A stretch of 64,000 nucleotides of DNA, from NCBI RefSeq assembly GCF_009914755.1, contig NC_060929.1; one strand, given 5' to 3'. A program made the position numbers and the translations under genes. Shown here piece by piece: positions 41,648 to 54,487 of the stretch; the first letter of the stretch is position 1, and every line of letters begins with the position of its first letter. Under the pieces are notes generated by a model. The model had not been told where the DNA came from. It did no database searches and saw only the letters and a program-made list of their open reading frames with translations. Source of the DNA: the human T2T-CHM13v2.0 reference genome, Homo sapiens.

Positions 41648-42154
41648 CCTGGGCAGCTGAGAGTCCCTCCTTGGCCTCGTATCTCTCCGTGTACTTTGAT
41701 CCCTTCTGTCTTCTACTTCTGGATTCTTTCTGTGTCTAGGGTACATACTGAAGAGGCTGCTTCATCCTTTGAGGTCCTGTGCTTTTATGGAAGGAGCTTT
41801 AGGCTCATTAGAGGTTTCTGAGTGATACCTCTACAAGACAAGCCTTTCTTTTGCTAATATTGATCACTCCTTACAGCATAATTTCCAAGTCACTCTCTTG
41901 ACTTCGATCAATCAGAGAATTCCTTAGGACCGCTTGAGGCAGATATGAAAAGAAGAGAGTGAGGCTGATGAGGAAAGAAAAAACCAAAAAGTCCTGCTTG
42001 TACCCTGACCTGCCATTTGGATTCTTCAAGAACATAGTTTTTGACTTAGTACCAGGAAGGACATGGGAGTTGTTCCAAATTAGAACAGGGTGCATTGTGA
42101 GCAAATAGGTCCCCTCAGAACTCATTATGCTGGATGAGCTGTGCAAAGAGAGCT

Positions 42155-42745
42155 GACAAATTCAACCACAGATTTTTACTGAATGCCTACCCTATCAGTT
42201 GGGAAGGGTGATGACAACCCATGACATAAAGCACAAAAGTGTATTTCTTACTCGTGCTTTATATCCATTGTGAGTAGACTGAGGCTCTACCTGGCAGTGT
42301 CCTCACTCTGGGATAGGCTGACAGAGCAGCCCCCATTTGGAGCAAGCAGTCACTGAAGCAGAGCTAGGTAAGAGTGTTCTGGAGGATCTCACACCCACAA
42401 TTTAGTGCTTTAGCCTGGAAAGGACACACCCTGCCTTTTCTCACACTCACTGGTCAGACTTTGTCACCTGGCCCTGTCCAACTGCAAGGAGCTAGAGAGC
42501 ACAATATTATTGTATGCCTAGAAGGTGGAGAGCCCAAAAGAGTTTACTTGGCACTATTGGCTTTCATACCTGCTATGTGCCAGGCCCCTCTTCTAGCCTC
42601 TGGGGATTCATCAGGGAGCAAAACAGACCCTGCCTTCATGAAACTTATGTTCTAATGGGGGAGGGAGACAATAAGCCAGCAAGTAAAATGTGCAGTGTGT
42701 TAGGTGCTAGGTACGGCGGAGGAGAATATAGCAGGAGCAGGTGAA
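42155..42745 (-). mobile_element. LINE-2 3' end, interrupted by an MLT1 LTR
   Basis: 'attcaaccacagatttttactgaatgcctac' continues after the LTR as 'tatgtgccaggcc...aacagaccctgccttcatgaaacttatgttctaatgggg'. Confidence 0.7.
42193..42568 (-). mobile_element. MaLR solo LTR, MLT1J/K-like
   Basis: 'aggctgacagagcagcccccatttggagc', 'cactggtcagactttgtcacctggccctgtccaactgcaagg'. Confidence 0.65.
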
Positions 42746-44949
42746 GAATGGGTTCTGTGTTGCAAACATGTTTAATGCAGGCCAGCGTAGGTGGTTAGGA
42801 TGCCCTCCTCCCGGTTGAAAGTGCTCCGACACAGGTCTGCTTTCTCGGATCTTGATTGTGCTGAATACTCAGCTGCTGTCAGGCCTTTTGCACTGTGAAC
42901 CACACCATACTTTTAGGCTGTTCATAAATCCCTTTCTTCTTCTTTGAACTTTTATTTCTAACTTAAGTACCATTGTTGTTTAAATTTTTGTTATGAGATA
43001 TTGTGACTACATAAGACCGAACTGTAAGAAACCTTAGAAGGTTTTTAGTCAATTACTTCCCTCTTTTAGAACAGTTATTGAAGTCTTAAATTATTGATAC
43101 CTTCATTGCCATTTTCCTATAGATCTTTTTTTTTGCTTAATTAGCTACCGTGATGAAGAGTGCTTTATTATCAAGCAAAAAAGGCCGTCACTTAAATGCA
43201 TTTGTGTGATTTATGTAACAGTCATTCCTAAGATTTCAAAAGTAATTTTTTAGAGTTGAATTTCCTGCTTTTTCCTATATTCTCATTCATTGTGAAAATG
43301 GGGAAATGGCACATAGTTCTCATTTTTAGTGAAATATCATTTATGTAACATAAAGTGTAAAATTATGTTACACTTCCTTCCTTAGAGGACACCCAGTTGT
43401 TTAGTCGCATCTTTCTTCGGTTGTGGGGGCAGCAGTCATTCTTGTTTCCTTGACCTCTGTATTTCCTGGGGCAGGAATTTTTGGGAGAAAAAGAGGAGAT
43501 GAGTAACACTGGTTTGCCTTAATCACAAAGGGGTAGAAATAGGTGGTAGAGAATGACTGGGGCCCTTCTTGACCTTGCTCCAAGGAGTTTTTAGAAATAG
43601 CCAGACCTCCTCTCTTTTCACATATATAGAGGCATTTCGACTTTGTTTCAGTCTTCTCTTCACTCCCCCTCAACAGCATATCTCTCAACGCCCTGGGGTA
43701 GTTGTCATCTAATAATGTCAAGTATAAGTAGATGTTTATTCCTGTGACACGTATACCGGATGTTAAATATGTCAAACCTTTTGCTCAGTGTTGGGGGCTG
43801 CACACAAGACACCGGGATTCAGAGCAGGCAGCGACCTATTAAGGAAGAATGGGATTATGTTTTCCCATGGCAAATGCTAAAACAGAAGACTCAGCTAAGC
43901 ATTTTTGTACATGTTTTTTTTTCTGCCAAGCAGGATGTTATTTTCCATCACTCTTGTTTTTTTTTTTTTTTTCATCCTGCTTTTTGTAGGTGACATTTAT
44001 TGAGGAATACTTCCTCTCCAAGACATGCTGCTGTTGAAGTTTGTTGTGAATGATTTTTAGGTTTCTTAGTAGTACTATGTTTAGGGCTATACCGGGGAAT
44101 TAATCCATATCCTTTGTCTTGGGAATGTTGGGAGGTAGTGAGAAGTCATCAAGAGGCATAACTGCCTGAGGGCTGCTAGGCCTGTGGGAGGAACTGAGTG
44201 TGGATGTGGGTGGGTGGCTGCTGGAGGACTCATCAGTTGTGCCCTGCATAAAGTTGAAACCCTAAATAAAGTCGAAAGGCCATCTCATCACATGAGGAAA
44301 GCATTAGAGGCTGATGTAAACTCTTAAAAGAGACAGCAGAGGCTGGTGGAAGGCAGCAGAGAACATGTTGTGAGGCAGGAAAGATTAGGAAGTTGCTGTA
44401 TGTCTTGGCTCAGAACATTGGCTGATGATTGATCTTGAGGAACACAGTGAAAACGTGCTGTCTCTTAAATTTAAATTATGTTTGCTGTGGAGACTCCTCA
44501 AGCAATTCCTCCTTGTGGAATGCACAGGTCCACATGGAAAATGCTGTATTTTCTACCTTAATATTCTCATTAACCATCATCTCCCAGAAAGAAGGTCCAC
44601 GGAGTGCTTGTTACATCTGTGCTTGGCTCACAGAAGGCCTGCAAATGTTTGTTCCGTTTCTCCTTTCTTCTCTCCCATCCATCAGTCTTCCATAGCTTGG
44701 CTGTTTGTTTTGGAGGTGATCTTAGGAGGCTTACATAAATGTGGAGGTGGAGGAAGTAGAGAAATTCAGTGAGAACATGATTCAAAAAAGCAGAGTGGAA
44801 AAGGAAGCAGGCCCAGTGGAGCCTCTTCCACCTGTGCAACTTGGATCAGGTACAGTCGTCGCTCAAGCTGTTGGTCTGTGGCTGGGTGACAGTGCTGGTG
44901 CTGCCTGCGGGAATATGGAATGGAAAACAGTTCCGGAATGGCTTGTGTT

Positions 44950-45112
44950 TGACAGCTAACTGTGGGTCTCTGATACCTTGGGCAAGTCACTTATAAGCTT
45001 CGAAAACCTCAGTTTCCTTATCTGTGAAATGGGGATGATAATACCACATCAGAGGGTTGTTTTAAAGATCAAATGAGATAATGTTCTGAAAACACTTAAG
45101 ATGGTGCCTGGC
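44950..45112 (+). mobile_element. MIR
   Basis: 'ccttgggcaagtcactta...cctcagtttccttatctgtgaaatggggatgataatacc'. Confidence 0.88.
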
Positions 45113-45169
45113 CTGTTTGGGAGAAGGCTGCTAGGTTGTGACCATGGAGAAAGGAGACATTGCTCACCC

Positions 45170-45500
45170 ACCTTGCTTGCTTTTTCTCAAACATACTGAA
45201 TGCACTCTGACTTCAGGGCCTTTGATACTTGCCATTTCCTTGGCCTGGAAGCTTCCACTCCCTGTGCAGCTCACCCCCTTCCTTCCTTTGGGTCTTTGTT
45301 CAAATGCCCCCCTCTTCAGAGCAGTCTTCTCTGGTCACTAATATGATAGACTAACCCTCATTCTTTGTCGCATCTCCTGCTTTCTTCTTCTTCACAGACC
45401 TTATTACCACCTGAAGAAAGGAACTTTGTTCTGGTCACTGCTGTCTGCACAGTGGCCAAACCACACTTGGCACATAGTAGATGCTCAGTGAATTTATATA
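45170..45500 (+). mobile_element. LINE-2 3' end (likely source of the local duplication)
   Basis: 'cttcagggcctttgatacttgcc', end 'ttggcacatagtagatgctcagtgaattt'. Confidence 0.78.
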
Positions 45501-45503
45501 AAT

Positions 45504-45693
45504 CAGGCACCCACAAACCTGTTCTATAAAGGGCCAGATAGTAAATATTTTAGGCTTTGTGGGCTATATGGTCTCTGTGGCAGCTGCTCAACTCTGCTAT
45601 AGTAGGCAGCATGTAGACACAACATAAAGAACGAGTGTGGCTGTGGTCCAATAAAATTTTATTTGGCACACAGGCTGTGTTTGCCAATCCCTG
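45504..45693. mobile_element. MER58A (hAT-Charlie MITE)
   Basis: 'taaagggccagatagtaaatattttaggctttgtgggc...tttgccaatccctg'. Confidence 0.9.
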
Positions 45694-47104
45694 GAATGTC
45701 AATAACAGTGAAGGTCAGGAATGTACCTTTAGTGGATATAGTGGTTTGAGCTTTGTGGGAACGGGACCTCTCAACAGTGGACTCTAAAGGTGACTGTAAC
45801 CTTTAGAGAAATATGTGGAATTGGAGGAAAAAGAACCCCATAGCCCTGGTGAGGAGGTGGCCTGGCTTCTGGCAGCTGTAATGATACTCATGGTCAGGGG
45901 ATCGGTGTGCTTCACCAGCCAGGCCAGTCAGATGGGTATGTCTCCTAAATCAGAGCTGTTCTTTCATTTCTTGTGAACTGATTTTTGTTAATTTTTAAAC
46001 ACTTACATGGCAGAGGAATTCATTGCTTAAAATCCCTGTATAAGGAGAGGAAATCGAGTTGATCTACTGTAAGTTCAGGTTGTTATATACTAGAGCCCTA
46101 GATTTATTGAAAGGATGAGCATCTGTACTCCCAGAGCGGAGTGCTGTGTTCTCAGGCAATTTCAGGCTCTCACTTAGAAGCTTCCCCTTAGCTTGTCTCT
46201 TGTTTCCAGCCTTTCGATCCACACGCCTTCATTGCAGAGCTGGTCTACCAGTGAGGTGCAGGCAGGAATGGGAAAATAGACACTTGGAGCGTGAGAGACG
46301 GAGCTGGGTCAGATGCTGACCGTACAGTTGCTCTCGCGGTTCATCTGCCCGAGTCTGTTTTCAGAGTTCATAAGATGCCAGTGTGTTCACACTTCCCGAG
46401 GCGGCCACTGGTTGGCACTCAAGCTCATTAAGTTGTTCCCTGGGGTTCTTGTGTATTGGTGTGTTTTGTTTTTGCCCTTTAGGGGGAAAGGAAACAGAAT
46501 TGCTACTCTTATTGGCTAAGATTAGTTGTAATTTTATTAATAATTTTAGAATAAAATTGTTTATAGACATGGTTAAAAAAACAAAAAGGAATGTGATGCA
46601 ACTCTCAAAGCTCCTGAGCGCTCCTCCAGCTGCTGCCTTGGCCTTATTTAGGCAACCCCACCCAGTCCTTGGGGGCTGCCTGGAAGACTCAAGGGACTCT
46701 TGACAAATTATTTTCTGTTTTTACTACACTGTGGCTTCTGGTGAATACTTCTTTTAGTGGAGTTGCGAACCTGTACCCAAAGGCGAAATCTTTTCCTTTC
46801 CTGATTGCATGTGAAGGTGGGAACATCTTGAGTAACTTTGTGCTCTTGTAACCTACAGGAGAGTTTTCTTCTGGCAAGCGGAGGTGTCAGGCCTGTTTGG
46901 AGCCAGATCTTGTCGTCAAGAACAAATACATGAAGGAAGTTTGAGGAATGGTTGGTCAGCTAATCAGAATTCAGAGTACAGTGTCATCAAGTTGCTCACA
47001 TGCTCATAACCCCGGGTGAATAGTAGAATAGGAAGAAAAGTTCAAGTAGATTTGTTTTCTGGGGAAATCTATCAAGCTATTAATTGTGAATAGTAGCTTG
47101 CACT

Positions 47105-47304
47105 CTGAATGCACTCTCACTTCAGGGCCTTGATGCTTGCCGGTTTCCTGGCCTGGAAGCTTCCACTCCCTGCGCGGCTCACCAGCTTCCTTCCTTTTGG
47201 TCTTTGTTCGAATGCCACATCTTCAGAGCAGCCTTCTCTAATCACTCATATGATAGAGCAGCCCTTGTTCTCTGTCCCATCTCCTGCTTTCTTCTTCTTC
47301 ACAG
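47105..47304 (+). repeat. Direct ~200-bp duplicate of 45196-45397 (L2-derived)
   Basis: Hand alignment gives about 27 differences in ~202 positions. Confidence 0.9.
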
Positions 47305-48567
47305 CCTTTTCTTCTTTCTTTTGTTTTTCTCATTGCATTTCCCATGTCCCCTCTTCCTCCTCATGTATGTGTTTCTGTCATTTTCTCCTTCCCCTTTTTC
47401 TCTAGTTCATGTTCCCTTGAGAGGTTGGCAGGTTAGACCTGGCTCGTCTCTTGGGGACTGGGAATCCAGGTGGGGAAGTTTGCCTTGGGATTCAGCCCTG
47501 GGATGGCGTGACCTGGGAAGAGAGAAGCTGGGGTGTCAGTGCTATTACCCAAAGTTTTAAAGCAAGCCCTAAGTTCCTGCGTGCCTCCCACAGAGGTGGG
47601 GCGGGCATTTGGAAGTGCTTTGGGCAGGTTGGTGGCACAGGCCTGGCACTGGGTCAGAGTCCAGTCCTCCACAGGCTGCGTTTCAGTGGCAGGAGTTATC
47701 AGTGCAGGACGCTGGGCACAGGGTGGCCCCCAGACCTGGAGTTCTGGGGACACAGGGCAGGGAGACTAGTAATGGAGAGGCAGAGACTCAGCCCAGGGAA
47801 ACAGGAGGATAGCAGGGCAGAAACCCAGTCAGATAGAATTCAGGGGTAAGACGGATCTATGCTGTGCCAGGGGGCTGCTGGTTTAAGGTCTTGGAATTTT
47901 AAAATTTTTTTCTCGTGGATTATACTTATAATTATTTATTAATAGATATTTATTACAATTGCATATTATGTATTGTTTTGGCTAAGAGAGAGATGATTGG
48001 TCTTTGGTTCTACAGTGGGACACAGCTTCGAGTGGAAGGGGGAGAGGGCACAGCTCTGGGGAACTCAGGAGCTAAGCAGGGCATTGCATTTTCTGAACAT
48101 CTCTTATTTGGCCACTTTCTTCTCTTTTCCTCTTCCTCTCTCTCTTCTTTATCCCTCAGTCATTTCCTTCTCTTTCTTTACCATTCCCTTCATGTTTTCT
48201 GGTTATTTTTTTCCCTTTAAGAAGAAATAAAGCTGATAAGATAGCTCAAATGGCCCAGTGCCCCTCCATCCCCCAGAGACATCTCACCCTCTTACCATTT
48301 GCCAGTTGCTCAGCGGTTATCTTTCTGTGTCTTTCTGAATGATTTCCATTTTAACCACGTGGGGCCCCTGGGCTGCTGATAATTCGTGACTCATGTTTCT
48401 TAAGAATGCTTTTCTTAAGAACATTTATTTTGCCTCTTGGGTCAGAGCTATCCACTGTAGAGTTCCTCAAACAGCTCGTTTTCCCTCTTAATATGAAGTC
48501 ATGAAATGAATATTAATTTTTAGCATTTGTCCAGTTAAAGAGCTTAAACGTTATTTTATAAGAAGTA

Positions 48568-48970
48568 TGTATTAGTTCTTGCACTGCTATAAAGCAATAC
48601 CTGAGTGAGTAATTTATAAGGAAAAGAGGTTTAATTGGCTCATAGTTGTGCAGGCTGTACAGGAAACATGGCAGCTTCTGCTTCTGGTGAGGCCTCAGGA
48701 AACTTATGACCATGATGAAAGGTGAAGGGAAAGCAATGCATGTCTTACATGGCAGGAACAGGAGCAAAGGGATGCTACATACTTTTAAAACAACCAGATC
48801 TCAGGATAACTCACTCACTGTCACCAGAACAGCACCTAGTGAATGGCACTAACCCATTCATGAAGGATCTACCCCCATGACCAATCACCTCCCACCAGGC
48901 TCCTCCTCCAACATTGGGGATTACACTTCAACATGAGATTTGAGTGGGGATACAGACTCAAACAATATCA
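48568..48970 (-). mobile_element. MaLR solo LTR, MSTA-like
   Basis: tg...ca ends; 'taatttataaggaaaagaggtttaattggctca', 'cacctcccaccaggc', 'caacatgagatttg'. Confidence 0.92.
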
Positions 48971-49121
48971 AAGAGTTTATTTTAAAGCTTTTTCCAGAAA
49001 CTTGTATAAAGTTTATTTTTGGCTTCGATGCATGTTATTGAACAGGTCAACAATTGATTGTTTTCCTTTATAGTTCTGAAAAAATGTACTAGGCTAAGAA
49101 AGCATAGGGAAGGGGGAAGAG

Positions 49122-49300
49122 AATAAGCAGTTGAGAGCCTTTTTGGTGTCAGGTATGATCCCAGGAGCTGTGTATTGATCATTAATTGACCAAGATCCTG
49201 TGAGTAGGATATAATTATCCTTATTTTATAGATGAAATTAAAACTTGTTCACCTTAAATTTATACGGCTGATAAGTGGCTGGATGAAGTCCCAGCTGTGG
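49122..49300 (-). mobile_element. MIR (degenerate)
   Basis: 'cctgtgagtaggatataattatccttattttatagatgaa'. Confidence 0.65.
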
Positions 49301-50094
49301 GCTTGCCTCAAACCACTGCCTTCCTCCTCACCACTGTTTTCTGATCCTTTTGGGTGGTGTAATGTGATGAGCTGCACGATGCCTTCAGCATCTGGTCCAT
49401 AGGAAGCAGTTGCTGCCTAAAGAAGGGTAGATGTTTAGGATCTTAAAGGCCCACATTATGATGTATGGTGCCCATGGAGTGGGAGAGACTGCTCTTTCTC
49501 TCTTACCTCTTAGAACGTGGTGGATGGATTTGAAAAGCCCCCAATCAGAAGGAAAATAATTATAGCATGTGTTTAGATACCGCTAATTATCAATTAATCG
49601 ATCATCGATTAATGATCAATATACAGCTCCGTACTGCTCTGTGCTCCATCCTGGACTGGCTTCTGGGTACCTGAGAGGACTGTAACCTATGTGAGTAAAT
49701 GCAATTGAAGGCATTAAGCAATACCAGCATTGCCCAGCTAACAAGGTAAGGAAAATAATTTATTAGGTGTTGGACCACAGCTCTGCTCAAAGCTGTAGAA
49801 TTGCTTGTACCTGACTCTGTCCCGACTTTTGCCATGTTGTCTTAATGGTTGTGGTTTTGTGTCTGTGGACTTGGATGGAAGTGTCCCAAGGAAGATGACT
49901 GTATCTTTTCTGTTTTCTAGCTTTAACCTTTAGCGCAATGTCTAGTCCATAGTAGACATTTGGGTAAACAAATTTTTTTAAAGCAATTCTGGGTTGATAG
50001 AGTATGTGGGAGTAGAAAACCAGAGGAAATCATACACTTGATTGTAACAGTGATGAATACTGCGGGACTGCAGGAAGCACAGCACATAGGCAGT

Positions 50095-50260
50095 AGGTTG
50101 TGGGTGTAGAAATTTGGGTTCTGGTCTGCGTTCGTGCACCAGTCATCTTTCTAAATCTGGGCAGTTCATTTGACTTGTCTGGGCCTCCATCTTCCAGTAA
50201 AACCAGGAAATTAGACTACAGATGATTTTTAGGTCCTTTCCACTGCTTAATGTTTTGTGA
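50095..50260 (+). mobile_element. MIR3-like fragment
   Basis: 'ttgacttgtctgggcctccatcttccagtaaaacc...tagactacagatgatttttaggtcctttcc'. Confidence 0.6.
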
Positions 50261-51206
50261 TTCTGTAATTCTATCTTAAAAATTGCCGCCATAGAAACCC
50301 TAGAAACTACTTGGGTAGCCAGCCAATTAGGATTGAACTGGATCATTTGGATTGGTTGACACCAGGTTCTAAGAATCCTGTCTTTGTGGAGTCTTCTCAG
50401 ACTGGGGATGTAAGAGGAGGTTAAGGTTGACTTTCCAAAGCTTTGGGCACCTTGCCACAGTGAGCCTTTCTGGAACACAGTCGAACAGAGGAAGAAATGT
50501 GGGCTTTGTAGTTGGGCATCTTGGGCTTGATTTCTCATAGTACCTCCTAATGAGCTGAGAGCTGTGAAGGATTTATCTTTCTGAATCCTTTTCCTCTTTG
50601 GTAAAATGGGAATACTACTGCCTAGTAGGGAGTCTACTTTCTCTCCCAAAGCTGGAAGCAGGCATATAATGTCAGGTTTTGTGGCATCGTGTGGGAATGT
50701 TCCCCTCTGACTTTAAATGGAAGGAAGATGATGGGTGAGCAGTATATTCTCTTCCTGCTTGTTAAGCATGGTCAGACTCTTTAGTTATGTTGCTGATGGG
50801 GACTTGATGGTATCAGGGCAATTTAATGACTTCAGATAGGTAAACAACTTCAGGCATAGATCAAACACCTAAATAAAGGTCAAGGAAACATCTAGAATAT
50901 TAAAGTGACAGGAAAACAGGTGATGTATATGCAAAATCAAATTAGTATTTTCCGTGTTCTCCCAGTGTCATTGTTCCTAAAGTAAACTTTGAGAAATGAT
51001 TCATAATTTGAAAACTATGCACAAAGTGTGCCATGTTTTAAAAAACTATAAAATGATACTAGCTTTATTTTTTTTTTTAACATCTTTAGACTGTTGACTT
51101 TATTGCTTAATCACAGTCAGTTGCAATTAAATGCCTACAGTGTCGTGCTCTGTCCTTGGGGCTGTGATGAAATTGTATTGCTGGTGGTGGATGTGTGCAT
51201 GCGCAT

Positions 51207-51208
<2 letters not shown>

Positions 51209-51247
<39 letters not shown>

Positions 51248-51252
51248 GTGTG
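51209..51252. repeat. (TG)n/(TATG)n microsatellite
   Basis: Directly visible. Confidence 0.97.
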
Positions 51253-51832
51253 TAGAGAAAAGGAATTGACTTTCTTGAAGTTGACAGTCACGAGATAGCA
51301 GTATCAAAGTGCTAATATACATATTTCTCTTGGAAGGGAACAGAGAAAATCAATTCTCTTAAGAAATGAAACTAGTGCTACAGCTCTGTTTATGTGAATG
51401 CCACTGTAGTTTGATCTAATACTGTATTTTGGGATGTTTCTGAAACACTTCTTATATTTCTATTGAAGTTTGTGATTCAGAGAATTAATTATAAAACCAA
51501 AGATGGAAAATGATATTGGTATCTAGTACATCTTCTAGTTTAAACACATTCTATTGATGCATTCTTTCTTAAAAAATATGGACATTCATTGAGAAAGTGA
51601 ATTGCAGTGAACAGTTAAATAGTTTGGGTAAATTGATGTTGCTCAGCAAATTATTTGCTTACCAAACCTTTGGTGGCATGAACAATTTTTGCTGAGATTC
51701 TATCTGTGCTCTTCCTCTGTCCCGCTTCCTGTTCTCAAAAGCTTTTAGGATGACCTACAACCTAGGTCATCTCAGCAAGGTGACGCACTCAAAAATAGGT
51801 GAAGAGAGACAAAAAGGAAAGTGAGTGTAGGG

Positions 51833-52043
51833 CGGGGGTTCTCAATAATGGCATTGCTGATGCTTTGAGCTGGATAATACTTTGTTGTGGGAAGCTGTCC
51901 CGTGCATTGCAGGAAATTCAGTTAGCCTCCCTGGCCTGTAGCCAACCCAAGTTGTGACAACCAAAAATGGGTTCAGATACTGCCCCATGTCTTCTGAAGG
52001 GTGAGGGGGTGGAGGGAAAATCACTATGAGTTCAGAACTGCTG
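51833..52043 (+). mobile_element. MER20 (hAT-Charlie)
   Basis: 'gctggataatactttgttgtggg..gctgtcccgtgcattgcagga...ccaagttgtgacaaccaaaaatg'; degenerate 8-bp TSD GTGTAGGG / GTTTAGAG. Confidence 0.88.
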
Positions 52044-52416
52044 GTTTAGAGGGTAAGGTGAAATCTGGACCAAGGTTAGCACAGCAGATGGACCCGTGAA
52101 GTCTCAGTTGGACATAGGACATGCTATGCTTGTTGGTGATAGGGTGTGGGCTTTGCCAGGGGATTTCTAGGGACTGAAGTAGAGAAACATGACTAGGTAT
52201 GTGGGTTATGGTGTTCCCAGGATAAAAATAGTCTTAATGCAAGGAACTGAAAGGATTTTCTCTAGATGTTCCTCTCCTCAACTCCAATGAAGTTCCCAGT
52301 GGGCAGGGATTTCTGTCAGTTTCGTTCCTTGCCCTTTTGCCAACTGCTGTGTCCAGAGCAATACCTGGCACACAGCCGCTTAATAAATGTCTATAAAAAG
52401 AGATGAGTCTTCATAA

Positions 52417-52990
<574 letters not shown>

Positions 52991-53344
52991 TGGGACCATT
53001 TCTTACAGTATCATTAAATGGAAGAATGCATTCTGGGTGGTATAATCCAACATGACTGTCAGCAAAATCAATTAATAGGTCCCAGGATGGTGTGGTCTAG
53101 GACTGTAGAGGTCTTGGTGGTCTGACTCAATCTATAGTTAGATTTTAAGATGCTAGGGAAGGGGCCTTGCATATTCTTCAGGCACTGCAGAGAATAATAA
53201 ATGTTTTTCTATTCTTTGAGTGGTATAGAACAGAGATAAGAGTGCCTGAGAGGTGTCACTCAGGAGGGCCAGTTAAATAGAGCTGCTGCAGGTTGTAGCA
53301 GACATCAGGCCAAGGTAAGGGGAGGGAGACTTGAGCTGAGCCTA

Positions 53345-53545
53345 GGGCGATAGTGACATTTATCAGTATCACTTGTTACTGAGTGTGTCTGTGTGCCAGC
53401 TCTTTTCATGCATCATCTCTCTGCATCCTAACTGCATCTCTGAGGTCCAGTCTGAGAGAGAGGTAGCTTGCCCAGGACATGACATTGGGATTCTGTTCCT
53501 GGCAATTCCCACTGGGGCTAGGTCCCTCACCACTGTACTGCTCCG
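53345..53545 (-). mobile_element. MIR (degenerate)
   Basis: 'tactgagtgtgtctgtgtgccagc...gagaggtagcttgcccaggac'. Confidence 0.55.
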
Positions 53546-53814
53546 TTCATGCCAAAAACATAGCTACAGATGCCCGTAGCATAGGCGATCACACCCTAGA
53601 ATTCTGTGCTCTGGAATACAGGTATGAGCATTACAGCCTGAAATAATGTAAAATCAGTTTAAATCAAATTCTCACTTGAGCCATAAAAACAAAACACAAA
53701 CCAAAACCTTGGTATGATTGTAAAGAGTTTAATTTCCTTGTGAACCATTGATGATGATGTACACTCACAGAGATGTTTGCCTAGACAACGAAGTGACTTA
53801 CTACAGGACAATGA

Positions 53815-54035
53815 TATTAATAGTCATAGCTGTCATTCATGGTGCACTTCCTTTGTGCCAAGCACTGTCTTAGGTGCTTTACATATATGTACTGTCTTCA
53901 TCCTTACTGCCACCCCAGTAGATAGATATTTATTGTTACTAACATCTCATGGTTGAGGAAACAGGTGCAGAAATAGTTAAATATCTTAATTAGGATAGTA
54001 AGTGTCAGCTCTCATCTGGGCTTGTAACCACTGTG
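53815..54035 (-). mobile_element. MIR
   Basis: 'tgtgccaagcactgtcttaggtgctttacatat...tgaggaaacaggtgcagaaatagttaaat'. Confidence 0.78.
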
Positions 54036-54487
54036 GAATTAGTATGAAACGAATAATGAGTGTTTTAACTGTAGAAGCCTGTTCTATCAAATTTTAAAAT
54101 ATTGATTATAGGCTTCGGTTTAAAAGTAGATAAAATCCAATTTTGAAATAAAGTCATTTCAGGTTGCCAATTTGATTCTTTATTGGGTGGCAGGGATGAG
54201 AGAGAGAGAGCAGTTAATTAGGATTACAAGCATAGTCTCTGCAGTTTTATAATCTATTTTCATATCTTTGGTTTCTTAAGATATTTAATATCAAGAAACA
54301 GAATAACTGAACAATGTCTTCATAATCTATGTTATGAATCAGTCTCTTCTCTTTTTTTAAGCATAAAAAGGACTTTACTGGTGAGCCTCTCATTATGTAT
54401 GCAGATGACATTGGTGATCCCTTTGAACTAATGAACTTTGGCCTTAGGGCATGTGCATACTGGATGAGTCTTTAAAATGCATGTGCT

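Noticed and set aside
43960-44065. Strong pyrimidine tract + TAG acceptor at ~43989 (similar ones at ~40178 and ~63112)
   Set aside because: Only weak donors follow and there is no coding signal; such sites are expected in T-rich introns.
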